Assembly (NCBI RefSeq): GCF_000150275.1
Contig: NW_002060959.1
Coordinates: 926,675-990,674 of the forward strand
Source: Trichoplax adhaerens
Taxonomy: Eukaryota > Animalia > Placozoa
Length of the DNA stretch: 64,000 bases
Reading direction: 5' to 3'
The notes beneath the pieces were generated by a model that searched no databases, was not told the origin of the DNA, and worked only from the letters and a program-made list of their open reading frames with translations. Position numbers and translations under genes: made by a program. Shown here piece by piece: positions 1 to 13,204 of the stretch (positions are counted from its first letter, which is position 1; each line of letters starts with the position of its first letter).

Positions 1-150
1 TTACTCGGTTTTTTTACGCATTAATATCATCATCAAATGTGTATTATAGCAACTCACGCTAGTTATTACAACATCGAAATAAAACGTGTTGAAGCAACAA
101 CACTTTGAACTTGCAGTCTTTTAAGAATTCCATTTTTTTTGTTATTTAAG

Positions 151-3100
151 ACTACATGGACGAGGAAAGGCTATATGAGACTGAGATGGAAAATTGGCAA
201 TTTGTAGGTTTCTTACTTGCTAATTCATACATTAACTCACTGATACTTATCATTAAAATTGTAATTTTTTTAATATAACATCTTAATTAATGAATACTTG
301 AAAATGTTAATGGTTGGTATTTCTTTGATTTGGTATCTCTATAGAAATATAGACTTTGTCAATGTTCACCTATTTCATGATGCTAGCAATCTGACAGCAT
401 ACGAGGAAGTAAGTTATTGCAGGAGTTACTGAGTTGCTGCTATCTTTCATATAGTAATTACAATTCTACTTCTGTAACTGTCATTGCGCGATCGGGAATT
501 ATTCGTCATTTAAATATCATTTAATCATGGAAATTATCTACGTTATTGTTCTAGTCCCCTTCTACCTTTAGTTATAGTCGAAGGCGCGCCCTCGAACAGA
601 TATTAAACGGGTATTTTAAATCATGTCAGATACGAAATTTTAGCGTTACTCGATAATGACTAATTTCTTGTGTAACTATTTTAGATTTGAAAGTGATAAT
701 CTTCCGGATGCTCCTCTATTCATTTTCGGCGATTTCAATTTTAGACTTGATTTACGTTCCGTAGTTGACGTAAGCTAATTAATTAAAGCAAATGTTCACA
801 TGTTTGTTTAAATCGACGAAATTTATTATATGATCTGTATCGTATTTAGATTTTATGTCCACCTGAGGAAGATCGCTACTCAAAGAAGAAAACGAAAGAA
901 AAATTGGTATTTAGAGATGTTGATAACAGTGATGAGGTATGAAAATTTGCGTTTGTGGTTATTTTTCACAGATAGTCAATGCTGTTATAGTTACATTAAT
1001 ATTACTTGATACAGGCTGTCCTTACCATCGAAAAGAAAGTTTTTGATTATGGTGATCATAGTGTTTTTTATAAAAATAATGGAGAAAAGGTGAGCTGATA
1101 GTTGCAAGTACTAATTATTGCAGCGGAGCTTATCAATCATCTTTAATTAACATTGCGATCGTAGTTCGATGTCATTTCTTTAATACAATGCACCATAATG
1201 CATTGTAAATTATTATTCGCAGATGCGGGAATGTGATCGTGAAGCGGATTATTTCAAGGATAGACTATCAGAATGCCCTCGTAATTTTCCTCCAAGGTAA
1301 TAGCTAACTTGTAATATTTTCTTAGCGTCCAAGCTGTAAGTGCAGTACTCAATATACATTTACTTTACCTCTTAAATTTACATTAATAGCTATCCTTATT
1401 GCGAGGATGTTGCTGCCGGTACGACATATATGAAAACAAGGTTAGCGTCTTAAAAATGTTGTGTAAGTAATCGCTGACGGAGACTTGCTGCTAATGTCTG
1501 AAAATATTTCGGTACTCTTTAGATGTCCTGCATGGTGCGACAGGATACTCTTGAATAATGCCGCAGTACCCCTTGTAAAGGTTTGCATCATAAAATTAAC
1601 TTTACTTCTTTTCTTTATTTAATCAGTGGCTCATGTAATTGGCTTGAATTATTTATTCTAGCATAACAGCAAGTCAACGTACACATATGATGTCATAGGT
1701 AAAGACGTTTGCATGGGCGATCATAAGGTAATTTACTTGATATTGTTTATACTTAATTTGGTATTATTACAATTTCGATGAGTAAATGGACACTCGCTCT
1801 ATTGATCTATTTAGCCTGTCTGCCTTCACTTTAAGCTGCCCAGCGGTTGGCGAGATCCTAATAATGGTAGCAGCAACAACAACAGTAACCCAGGAGGTGA
1901 GATTTAAATACTATTTATAGCTAACTCTGTCTGTATTTGTTACTTTACTGTAGTCAAATCAATTAGTTGTCGGTACAATTAATGCATTCAATGCCAAAAT
2001 GTTATTTAGCAGCAATTTCTAACTAATTTCGTTGAAGCAAGTATTTATTACTACTAGTAATGCATTAGCTTGAAAATCTCGTAATATTTAATGCTTCTAG
2101 CATGTCTTATAACCGTCTAACTTCATGCTCCACACAACCCTTCAATTGGTAATTGCTTTCATTCTTTCTTTTTAACTAATCGCTTGCAGACAGTTAAAGC
2201 TACTGCTATAACACTCTATAGTCTACTTGACTTCCTAGTTTGGTCGCCCATCAATCGTTTAAACTGTCTAGCAATGCATCTTGCAACTATAAGGCTGCTA
2301 TAACATCAAGTAGTATACGCTAATAGGCTACCTGCAACGCTAACTATGGTCAACAATCGATTATTGACCATTGCGTTTCTTATTGAATGTTAATGGTTTC
2401 TTCATCTTCTTCCCAATTGGTATACGTGCCCACACTAGTTGCTATAGTAGCTTAGATTAGTCCGTGTAATAATATTTTTACTTACTATTTTATTTTTTGT
2501 ACACGAGCTAAACTAACATCATTCGTGGCAATAAGTTATTTCTGCAATGGTAGCACGCGAAATCGTTTTAAATTCTTCTGTAATAAACCTGTCGCAGACT
2601 GCACATATGCATATAAATAGATAGGAGGCCTTCTACGAAATTCTAAAAATTTTAATTAGTTAAGATTAGATTCGGATCACTTATTTAAATTTTACTGAAC
2701 TCGACGATTAGCAGATCTTAGCTAAATTTAGAAATGTAAATAGATATAGATGAGAAATTCGGTCATCCTAAAACAATTTGCTAAAATTGTTAATGGTATT
2801 TATGTAATCTGTCGATTAATTTATCATGCTTGTTTCTAATTAATGATATTCTACATATATTAAAATTCTATAGCATACGTTTAAGATTTTAACTATATTC
2901 CTTTAGAGTGATTTATAAAATTTTCGCCCAAAGATGGTTTACTTATTACGTTAATAGTAATCTACGTAGATATAAAGTTTTGAATATCTTTATTGCGTTA
3001 AATTTTTAATAATTACATTATCGATGAACATGTGTGATTTAAATGTAACATTTCTGATTTTTGGTAGCGTAGGTATTTAAAGTAATACTATTGAATGATA

Positions 3101-3409
3101 TGGCATTAAAGTCTCTTATAAAATTGTAGCTTTTGTTGGATTTGACCAATCTCTGACTTCTTACTTAATGACCTATTAAATGTCCTCCCTTATTGTATGT
3201 AGTAGCTTACGCTAACTAGAGCATCATATGCTAAGACAGTTACCCCTTCTAATCTTACTGCATTACAGTTTCATTAATGATTACTGAGCCACCCAGCCCT
3301 AAGGATTCCTACAATGTATGTATTAACCTGCTGATTTTTTCTATCGTACATTCACGTAGTATTGGCAGATGGTGATAATGAATGCTTAAACTGTTGTGTA
3401 ATCTCATAA
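151..3409 (+). CDS. INPP5A: Type I inositol 1,4,5-trisphosphate 5-phosphatase, 3' portion (multi-exon; 5' end outside the window)
   Basis: Manually spliced GT-AG exons give WTRKGYMRLRW, DFVNVHLFHDASNL, FIFGDFNFRLD, FPPSYPYCED, RCPAWCDRILL and CMGDHKPV (5-phosphatase motifs). The phase-1 exon ending at 1896 joins in frame to exon 3369-3409, DGDNECLNCCVIS*, a CAAX box typical of INPP5A. Confidence 0.92.
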
Positions 3410-6247
3410 TGGATCGGCGTATATTTGGACTGCAACTCGGTCTTGTTAACGATATAAGTGCAGATAGCATCAATTGCAATTGCCCACCTTGAAATTAATT
3501 CATTTCGACATTTAAAAGTTGATCTTCCATGTACTCGAATTTAACTGGTATGATGCTAGGACGGGAGCCGATATCGTTAACTCACACCTCGAAATTATGG
3601 AAAAGGTGTAGAGGATGTTGCCGTGGTACCCTTGATCTAGATAAATTTGTATTGTTTTTGACTATAAATTTAAAAATTAACAACAGCATTGAGCGATTTG
3701 AATTTGCGCTGAATTGATCTACCTTTCTAAGAAGACAATACAACTGGTTCTTGATTGTAAATGATTTGGTATTGATTTTATATTACTTAAAAATTGTAAC
3801 ACATTAGTGCTGTTATTTTTAATAGTCTGACAATTGCTTTTCATTCATGAAATAGAACGTTCGACCGTAAGCTATTTTACAACGAGACTAATTAACTATC
3901 AAGAATACTTATATATTATAAATCATTCAACTTTTATATGTGAAATGAATATTTGATATACAGTTATTGATAATGAATGTTGTAAAATAATACAAATTAA
4001 CCATAACTATTTCCAAGGTAAGAGACAATATTGTCATACGTAATTAACATTATTGCTAGTCTTTTATGATGTAGATTATAAAGGCACTGTTTTATTTCAT
4101 TACAATGTTTTTGTGCATGAAGAGGTGCAATGTTTACAGAATTCAAAAATGTATGCCATGATGAATTATTAGCTAAGTTACTCTAAGACACATTGCCTCG
4201 TTCAAACTTAGGATTAATATGAATTGTGTCACAAATTGCAGAGGTCATATTGATCGCTTTTACTATAATTATTTGCAAAAAAAATTAACATTTGTCTTTC
4301 ACTGTTTTCTCGATTCTCTGCATAATTACATTTTTTTGTTTAACTGTTTGTATTCAGCAGTACAGGTTTTATCTAAGTTCAAATTTTTTAGTTCTATTTT
4401 TTATCAGTATTCTTCCGTAGAGTTATAAGAAAAACAAATTTCAATTGTAGGAATTTTCTATGTTGTGACTCCTGAGATTATACTGGAGTTAATTTGTATT
4501 TTACCAAAAATAAGGCATGGTGTATGGGAAAAGAACCTGCGTCGTTATTGATATACGCGTAGGTCACTGAGTGTTTAACTGATTGCTTTTTCCTCACATA
4601 GTTATCAATCACGAAATTGTTTCACTTTTGCATCTTTTTTAAATTTCAAATTACCGAAAGAAGAAAATTCTTTATATAATGGTATTAAACAATCTCAAAT
4701 TACCTGATGAAATTTTTCTGTTGTTTTAATATTTCCATTTCAATCCTAAAACGAATATTTCAATATTATTTGGCAACACTTTTAGTATTGCATATTTGTA
4801 TGTATTAATGTGAAGATAGAGAAAATTCTAAGTCAATAAACGCTACGTGTGACATGGACTCCTACCAGGGGTCGTACGCACACCATCGATGAAACAATAA
4901 TTGTGCTTATGATGATAATCTATATTGTACGATCTACTTGATAGTATCAATAAATACTGAAATTGTTTTAATTTTTACTTGACTGTGAATTGAACTACAA
5001 CAGATAAATTAGAATGTCTTTTTCTATTATACTCTTATACCAGACTGAAATGGTAGCCTTTCCACTAAATACCATCTATGTGCGGTGGCAATCACATTCA
5101 ATAACAGTACTGTATATCCGTAGGTATACATTTTACTAATCCACAAAGTAGCCTTTATGGTTGCTTTGCTTCAGATGAAATGGAAAAATGTTAGAACTCA
5201 AGGAAAAACTAGGAATTGTGGCTTTGCAGCTGAATACTTTAGTTGAAGTAATGTAAATGGACAGCTTCGGTTTGGTCTCTTGTTCTATAGCTTTATACTA
5301 ACAGCTACGCACGTACAATGACTTCAAACAAGCGAAAAAGTATCGAATAATTACTATCCAGTTTAACGGAAGCCGTAATGCTGTGAATATCAAGATATAA
5401 TGTGCTTAAGTATTTTCAACGCAGGATGAACATAACATACATGTATATATGCGTTTTTATGCAGATTCCTATTATTACGTTTACTGTAATTAAATGAATA
5501 AGAGTAACCTCGGCGTTTACATAACTGCTAGTAAAAGGCGAGTTATGATATTGAAATTTTTGAAAATATCTAGCACAGAAATTACAGTAAACCAAATTAA
5601 CCCATATTTAAGATTAAATGGCAATTGCAACTATGATTACAGTCGCAGGCCGTTTATTATATAGACAATATTTTACAATTGACTTTATACCTATATAAGT
5701 TGTAAAAGCACCGATAATATAGAATTTAAATTTTACCGAATTATACTTATAGCACAAACGCACTGTAAACTTGCATGATAGAAGTGCACCAATGAAATCA
5801 ACCAGGTATCAGGCAGTGGAAGTGCAATTAACATTTGCACTTCGTAAAACACCTATGCTATAACATCCACTATCATCAATAAAATTAAATATATGCAACA
5901 ACAAGTACAATGTCAATATCTTTCACGTATGCAGATTGCAATAACGTTTCATAAAATCATATACAGTACAAAGCATTTCATAAATGATCTTATTTATCGA
6001 TTTAATAATTTCTTCGATTACTGTGTATTTCTGTAATATTCTACCATAATTTGGCTAGCATACTAAATAATGTAACCTTCAATATGTTAGCGTTCGTTAT
6101 AGATGAATATGTAATGATAACATAAACTACCTTTGTTAGCATAAAAATAAAAATCTGACTGTTCATTTTCATTAAAGATTCGTAAAATGTACTGATAAAT
6201 AATATAACCGTGCGTACGCGTATCGTTAGATCATTATAATTATACTA

Positions 6248-9200
6248 TTAACTAAACCAGTCAAGTAAAATTAGAGACAATGAGCACATCATTAAAAATA
6301 GCAAGATCCATACACGAAAACCAGCATTATTTTTGATTGCCTGTAAAGAAATAATAGCAATTAGGTCAGTAAACAATGCAAAAAAGGGCAATTCCAACTG
6401 TTTAGAAATGATTATCGTATAGTGTATGCTTACTAAAAGATGGTGTACATATTTAAGATTTTAATAAAAAATAAAAAATAATGCTATTACATATTCTGCT
6501 TATTCTGTAATACGTACTAATAATTAATACTACAACTTGATTGTCTAATGGCATTATGCAGTACGCTCATGTAAAAAGTTTTAAAATAATTTTGCAAATG
6601 GTAATCGTGATATATGTATACGACTAAGGAATAGTTAACGCATGCTTGTCAAAAGTATTCCTGTCGATAATCCACAGTACAGTCTATTTAGTCTAAATCT
6701 ATAGGATTTGTCGCTTTTACATTACACTTTTACGATAAGAATACTATCGATAACAATAACCTCTCGAATCTCTTCATTGCCTTCTTTGATATTTTCCGTT
6801 GTATCCACCATTTTATCGGAAATATTTTCAATTTGTTTGCTCTAAAAATATTAGTGAATGCATAATGAAATTAAATTTTCGTTAAGAAATAACATTTGAT
6901 CAGTATATCAACATTGATCGAGTGCAATAGTAACCTGTTCCAAAGTTTTCTCAGCAAATAAATTTTGTAACTTTGATATCTCAACTACACTTTCCTCAAC
7001 TCTCCTAAAGGTCATTTCACGAATAAGTTAATTTAAAGCGACAATAATACACTATTTGCCTGAAACAAATGGATAGGCATAGCGATTAACCTTATTTCGT
7101 CGACCATTGAGCCCATTTCTTCGAATATTCTCTTATTTTCTTCCATTAACTGAAAGTGTAATAACAGCTAGTGTCATTTAATCCTTGAGCTAACATTATT
7201 GAAATTAATCACCCCAAAATTTATACCTGAATCCTTTCTGCATCATTTAATTCTTCGTCAGAATCTTCGTCTGGATGCAGCGATTCAACTTTGATTTTAT
7301 ATCGCAGAAAAAAGCAGAATGGTATTGTAGATCAAACCATATAAAAAATGCAAGCAAAATTTATAATAGCAATAAATCTAGCTATAATTCTCACAATCAG
7401 TTTTTAATTGGGCAATGTGTTCTGTGTTCCTTTGCGAATCCACACCTAGTCGTCCTCTATTTCAATGTAAGCACAGATTTTAAGAGAGAATTGTGTTCAC
7501 TAATTTATAACTTGATATATAGGCAATAGATTAGCCGAGATTCAATAAATTTTCTTCTAAATTAAGAAACTTACAATTTCTTTTTATCTCCAAGGCGTTG
7601 TGTTCTGGTATTTTTCAAATCATTAAAATTTTTCGACACATCTATATTAATAGAGTAAGGGTGTATTTCAGTTTATTAGAATATATCAACATACCAGAAG
7701 TGCAATTGTGATTACTATAGGGTAGATTAATAGTAATACCTTTAAAATATTTTTCAACCAATGCTAACACATTTTGACGGTGCATGGAATTTTGGGCATC
7801 GAGTTTATTTTGATTGACTGTAGGTTATAGGCATATAACAGCATCGTCAATCATCATACAAGTATTTTAATATGGTAAAATATTTAAAACATTGAGCTTG
7901 TTTATAACATTTTAGCGACTTTGGTGTAAAGTACGTTCAAGATGTCATGGTTCAATATTCAATGTATTAACCAACAATTATTATTATCTTCAATGGCTAC
8001 AGGTGTATTAGTTATCGTACGTACCTTCTGATCGAAGTAAGGTGATACTATTACTGCAATTAATCATTAATTTTTGTGTTTCAGCAACAACATGATCAAA
8101 TTTGTGGTCATGATAAGACGATGAATCCGTAACCAGTTGGCTATAATGACAATCGAAGTCAAGAAAAAAGATTAAAAACTTAAGAATCAACATCAATCCT
8201 CTATACAACTCCTTACAATATATACATATGCGTTTACAAAGCTGTTACTCAAACTGGAATGCTCTAATAAAAGGATTTCTCAGCATGCAGTTGCACTATT
8301 TAGTATTAACTCTCAAGTTGGATGGTTTTTGACTGAGAATCAACATAACCAATTATTCTTGTAAACACCCTCAACACGAAAAATCAGCTAGATAGCATGA
8401 TTTATTCGATACATTCATTCTCCACGGTCTGTCTATCATCATGTAATACTAATAAGTTAACATGATCACGCATTGGACACTATTTCCATGCTGTTACTTA
8501 TTTATCATTCCCTTTACACGATAACGACAAGAGAGTAATGATTAATTAGAAGTATCATTACGGGATTCAATCCTGACTGAGGCTAAAGCTATTCCTAACC
8601 GATTACAGTATACCGTTCATCCTTTCAATTACTACCAATTTGATCAGCATTTATCTACAGTGTCCTTTCTAATTTATATTGGAAGAATAATCATTACATC
8701 ACTTTCAAATTACAATATTTTTATGATTTGCTAAATGTTTCATTTAGTAATCGTGCTACTTAAATATTATCGTTTAATGCAAGGAATCAATCTAGCGAAT
8801 AAGTCTACCGTACTATCGAAGAGAAGGAATATCGAAAGCGTTCTCACCTTGACATACTTAGGAATTCAGTTTTATAATTAGCCAAAAAGTCGCTTAATTT
8901 CGATATATTAGCAATCTAAAAGCAAGCATAATCGTTGAGTAAGATGATTTACAATATGTCACGATTGCTATCAAGATACTGGAAGATCACTCTCTCTAAT
9001 TACGATTCAATTCTAGACTGAATCATAGTGAATTCAAGATCCACACACAGACAAAAAAGAAATATTAGATCCAATCCATTATATCATTCTAAATAGATTG
9101 AACACCATAATTATCACATCGTAAGTGATCGCTCCATCAGCGTTGCATCAATAAGGCACTCCATCGAGCAAAATTTTTTGATCATCAACACGTCCACTAA

Positions 9201-9682
9201 TTTACTGGTTGCAATGCCATTTCAACCATCCTTTACACTTTCAATAAGTTACTAATTACAATAGAGCTTTCAGCTATCATCCAAGCTCCAGTTGAACACG
9301 AATAAATAATATTCAAGAAGTAGCGTAGCGTAATACAGGCTCATCTGTTAGATGCTTCAATTTATTTTCAATAATTAGGATTTAATGGATCATCTTATTC
9401 CTACCCTAGTTTACTATACCATGTACATATACTATAATTATCGTTTGATGGTAAGGACAAAATCGAATAATAATTTGGCATGGATCACAAGGTGTCCAAA
9501 TAATCTAGAGTGGATGTCAAAGATGCGATGAAACTCACCAAGCCTTTAGCTCGTTTCGAAAATTCACAAATTTTCTTCTCTCTTGGCAAGATATTCCTGG
9601 AATAGTCACCTTCCAGGCCTAACGCTTTACTTCGTATTCGAGCAGTCTTGACACTGGCGTGGAATAACTGCGTTAAATCCAT
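6248..9682 (-). CDS. STX18: Syntaxin-18 (ER Qa-SNARE), multi-exon
   Basis: N-terminus [22 protein letters not shown]. Later exons read [43 protein letters not shown] and [12 protein letters not shown], followed by the tail anchor [30 protein letters not shown] (stop 6248-6250). Confidence 0.93.
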
Positions 9683-10513
9683 TGCTGATCGCTACTTGAC
9701 AGGCCAATGTTGACAAAATTCTTTACGCTTCCAACCAAGGCTGCAAAGATCAGCTATGGCTGTTCTAGAGCTATTTGGATATGCAGTATTTGCCGTCAAA
9801 GTTGCCAAGGTTTCTTTTTGATACTGTACATACTATACTGTTTGAAAATAGTCATTCATGACTATACGGTAGAGTCAATTCGATAGACTGATTGGGCATA
9901 ATCTAGCGGTGTCAGCATCTGGAACTGGTAGAAAAAATCGATGGTAGTAATGATACTTAAACACTCTCTTGTAATATACTATATACTATGGATATGAGAT
10001 GAAAGAAGTGGAAATAATCATCTATAGTAGTAATTTAATATGGCTGCTAGCTTTTTCGTCCTTGTTGCAGACGATTAATTCGCTCTATCTCTTGTCACTA
10101 AGGTATTTTACACGAGTGATTAATAGCACTAACTGCTGATAGCTATTCATTTCCCTATAGCGATTTGAAACGAAAGTTGTGCACATCCCAATTGAACTAG
10201 AATCTCCACCATCACTTCTAGCATCCAACAGTAATATACATTTATTATACAGTAGGCCAGTGCTAGTCCTGTACGGCACTGTAGCATGGTTACTATGGTA
10301 CAAGACTAAGAGAACATCGCTATCGTCTATCCTTGACTACAGCCAGCTCTCATATTGACTCAAGTCAATAATGTACTTTGTGTCCAAATGACATACTTAA
10401 GCCACTACACGATGCTATTTAGCTTGAGTATTTTCCGCAAGGCCACAGGCGAGTTGGCCAAGTACTAAATCATAACTTGCGTGCATCTACTCTTAATTAC
10501 TTGCAACGCCGGC

Positions 10514-12474
10514 ATGGCTGGAGTCCGTAGGAAGAAGACACAACGTAACAAACGCCCCAATTCAACGGCACCTGGACGTGTATTAAAACGGAAAGCAGCT
10601 AAAGTGACGATCAGCAAGTAAATAGCAATAGCTTTCACTTCTCCTAATTGCTAGTGAGATTGCTACTTGTATATGCACCTCTGCTACTCTACTGTTGAAG
10701 AAGCTGTAGTTAGGATTAAACCCATGCATAGCTAAACTCTGTACAGTATATTGCATGCAGTTCTCTCTTTGCTAGTTTATTTCGCATATACTTCAAGTTC
10801 TAGTACGACTTGAAGTCCAAACTTTTTTTAAAAATACATGCTGTCAAAGGATGAGCGTTCTTGCTCGATTTCAAAGTTAGTTTGCAGCACGTTGTTCGAT
10901 TCAAGCCTGTACAGTATTCAAAACTACTATAGCACCACAATTGGAGCAAGCTTGTTATGGACGAGTATAGTATCTTGTAGTTACCTTTGCCAATTGAACT
11001 AAGTATCTCTTCTATATTGATTAGCAATACGATCAAGAAAAATTGGAATAAGAAGAAAACATTACGGGAAAATTTTTCAAGCATTGGATTAGCTATAAAC
11101 TCCAACAAAGCAATTAAAATTCGAGTATGTATTTAGACACGATCATCGTAGATGCAATAGCGACGGCGATAATACAGTAATTGCATCGCGAAGAGATTGA
11201 AAAATTGTTCTTCAAATACAGTAATAGCATCACGAAGAGATTGAAAAAATTATTCTTCAATATCTCTTAGCACTATCTTTTAATTCTGGCTACGTAGTTT
11301 CATCTTGAGAGTGCACTTAGGTACAGTAAAACTCAATGATCCATGTTTTGATAGAAAAATATCTTGTACGATAGATGTCTTAGCACCACTGTACGTACCT
11401 TCGAATTCGTGCTAGTTTCACCTTTAAAATGCATCTATGTAAAACTTAATAACCCATGTTTTGATCGTAGAATACATAGTTCTTATATATACGAGAAAGC
11501 GTAAGCCTTCGCACTACCTTCCAATTCTTACTAGTAGTACCTTGAAAGTGCATCGATGTAAAACTTAATAACTCATGTTTGATCGAAAAATACGTAGTTC
11601 TTATGTACTGTATACGAGTATACGTATGCCTTCGCACTACCTTCCAATTCTTACTAGTAGTACCTTGAAAGTGCATCGATGTAAAACTTAATAACCCATC
11701 ATTTGATCTAAAATACGTAATTCTTATGTATACGAGTACGTGTATGCCATCGCACTACCTTCCAATTCTTACTAGTAGTACCTTGAAAGTACATCGATGT
11801 AAAACTCAATGACTGATTTTTGATTGGAAAATAGTTCTTAAGTATATGCACTCTCTTTTAATTCTGAATGGTTGCACCTTTAAAGTACGTGTATGTAAAG
11901 TTCTATAACCCGTGCTTTATTTAAGGATGTAACAGAGCGAATGGAAGTAGATCAACCAGCTAATCCATCTAAGCCAACAACCAAAGTTGTTCAAGGTTAG
12001 ATGCGCTGGGATTAATATATAATCTTGACTGAAATGATTGTAATTTTATATATATATATATATATATTATTACTACGAAAGCGTGGTAGGCATTTTCAGC
12101 TAGTCAACTCCTAAAGTAAGTTACTAATTTGAATATTTCAACTGCTGACATTAGAATTAGAAATGATTGCAAGCCAAGGAAGCCAAACGACAAGGAGACA
12201 CATCGCACCTGGTGAAGTAAAATTCTTAAAGGACCTAATGGATAGCCATGGTGAAAATTATGAGGTCAGTCGAATAGAGCTGGTATATCATTTTTTGGTA
12301 GACGGTGCTAGAGGTCTGCAAGTTGTAGTTGATATTTTGAAACAAATAATTCTTAAATTTTGAAAGGCTATGGCTCGGGACAAGAGAAATTGCTATCAAC
12401 AGACTGCTAAACAATTGGAAAGAAAGTGTAAAAATTTAATGAAAGCAGTATCTGATGGAATTATTAAAATGTAA
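10514..12474 (+). CDS. NOP16: Nucleolar protein 16 (60S biogenesis), 5 exons
   Basis: Basic N-terminus MAGVRRKKTQRNKR. Exons NTIKKNWNKKKTLRENFSSIGLAINSNKAI, EVKFLKDLMDSHGENYE and AMARDKRNCYQQTAKQLERK match NOP16 signature blocks. GT-AG junctions keep the frame. Confidence 0.9.
11174..11262. repeat. Two-copy ~44 bp tandem duplication in NOP16 intron 2
   Basis: ACAGTAATTGCATCGCGAAGAGATTGAAAAATTGTTCTTCAA is followed directly by a near-identical copy. Confidence 0.8.
11270..11925. repeat. Intronic tandem repeat, about 6 units of ~120 bp, in NOP16 intron 2
   Basis: The unit CACTACCTTCCAATTCTTACTAGTAGTACCTTGAAAGTGCATCGATGTAAAACT... recurs at 11512, 11635 and 11753, with diverged copies near 11270, 11385 and 11848. 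Confidence 0.9.
12047..12067. repeat. (TA)n microsatellite in a NOP16 intron
   Basis: Direct run of TATATA... Confidence 0.85.
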
Positions 12475-13204
12475 TTTCGCATCCCTAGGCTAGTGGTCTA
12501 TTTTTGAAAATGATATTACTAAAGTAGCCGGTTGTAATATTGATTGGCTCGTTGCAATATCAATCACGATTTATGAATGAATTTTACAGTATATGCCTTA
12601 TAAGACTTCTTCGTAGAAACGATCTGATAATGTAAATTGTTAGCCTTGATCTATCTCCATGAACGATTGATGAGGATATCATGCTGATAAATTGATTGCA
12701 TCTTTACTGTCATGCGATATTAATGTAAGTAAAATCATGAATAAGATTCATTTCATGGAAATCTAGTCCAGACCTAAATCAACTAGAGCTGGCTGTACAA
12801 TGCTTTAATTTCAAATTAAAATGAATAAAAACGAACGAGAAGATACTCGTATGTAAAAATAAATAACGGCTAGATAGAAAATTAGAAGTAAAACTTATTT
12901 GGACAGAATTAGTTCCAATGAGGTAATTACCAATTGGTTAACGACATTAGAAAATAGTGATTAAAAAACATCTTCCAGATATTAGTATAGATAGCATAAT
13001 ACTCGTCAAACTGCCAGCAAGATTAGGAGTACTACAGTATCTGTATCTAGCATGCCTTTAGAAACCTATCACTACAATCAATAAGCGCTCTACTTGCAGA
13101 AAATTAGAGCATAACAAAATAAACTGTCGAGGATGCTTGTGTCTATTGCGACTGGTTAATTAATTATAATTATTAACCTGTAAACAAAAATTTCCACAAT
13201 ATCA

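Noticed and set aside
3410-6247. Short ORFs (3529-3717, 4219-4428) between INPP5A and STX18
   Set aside because: AT-rich convergent 3' UTR/intergenic sequence, with no motifs or exon chain.
11446-11676. 76-aa ORF with an internal repeat, and a CRISPR-like appearance of the array
   Set aside because: The ORF is a by-product of the tandem repeat. Units are homologous along their full length with no unique spacers, there are no cas genes, and the context is a eukaryotic intron.
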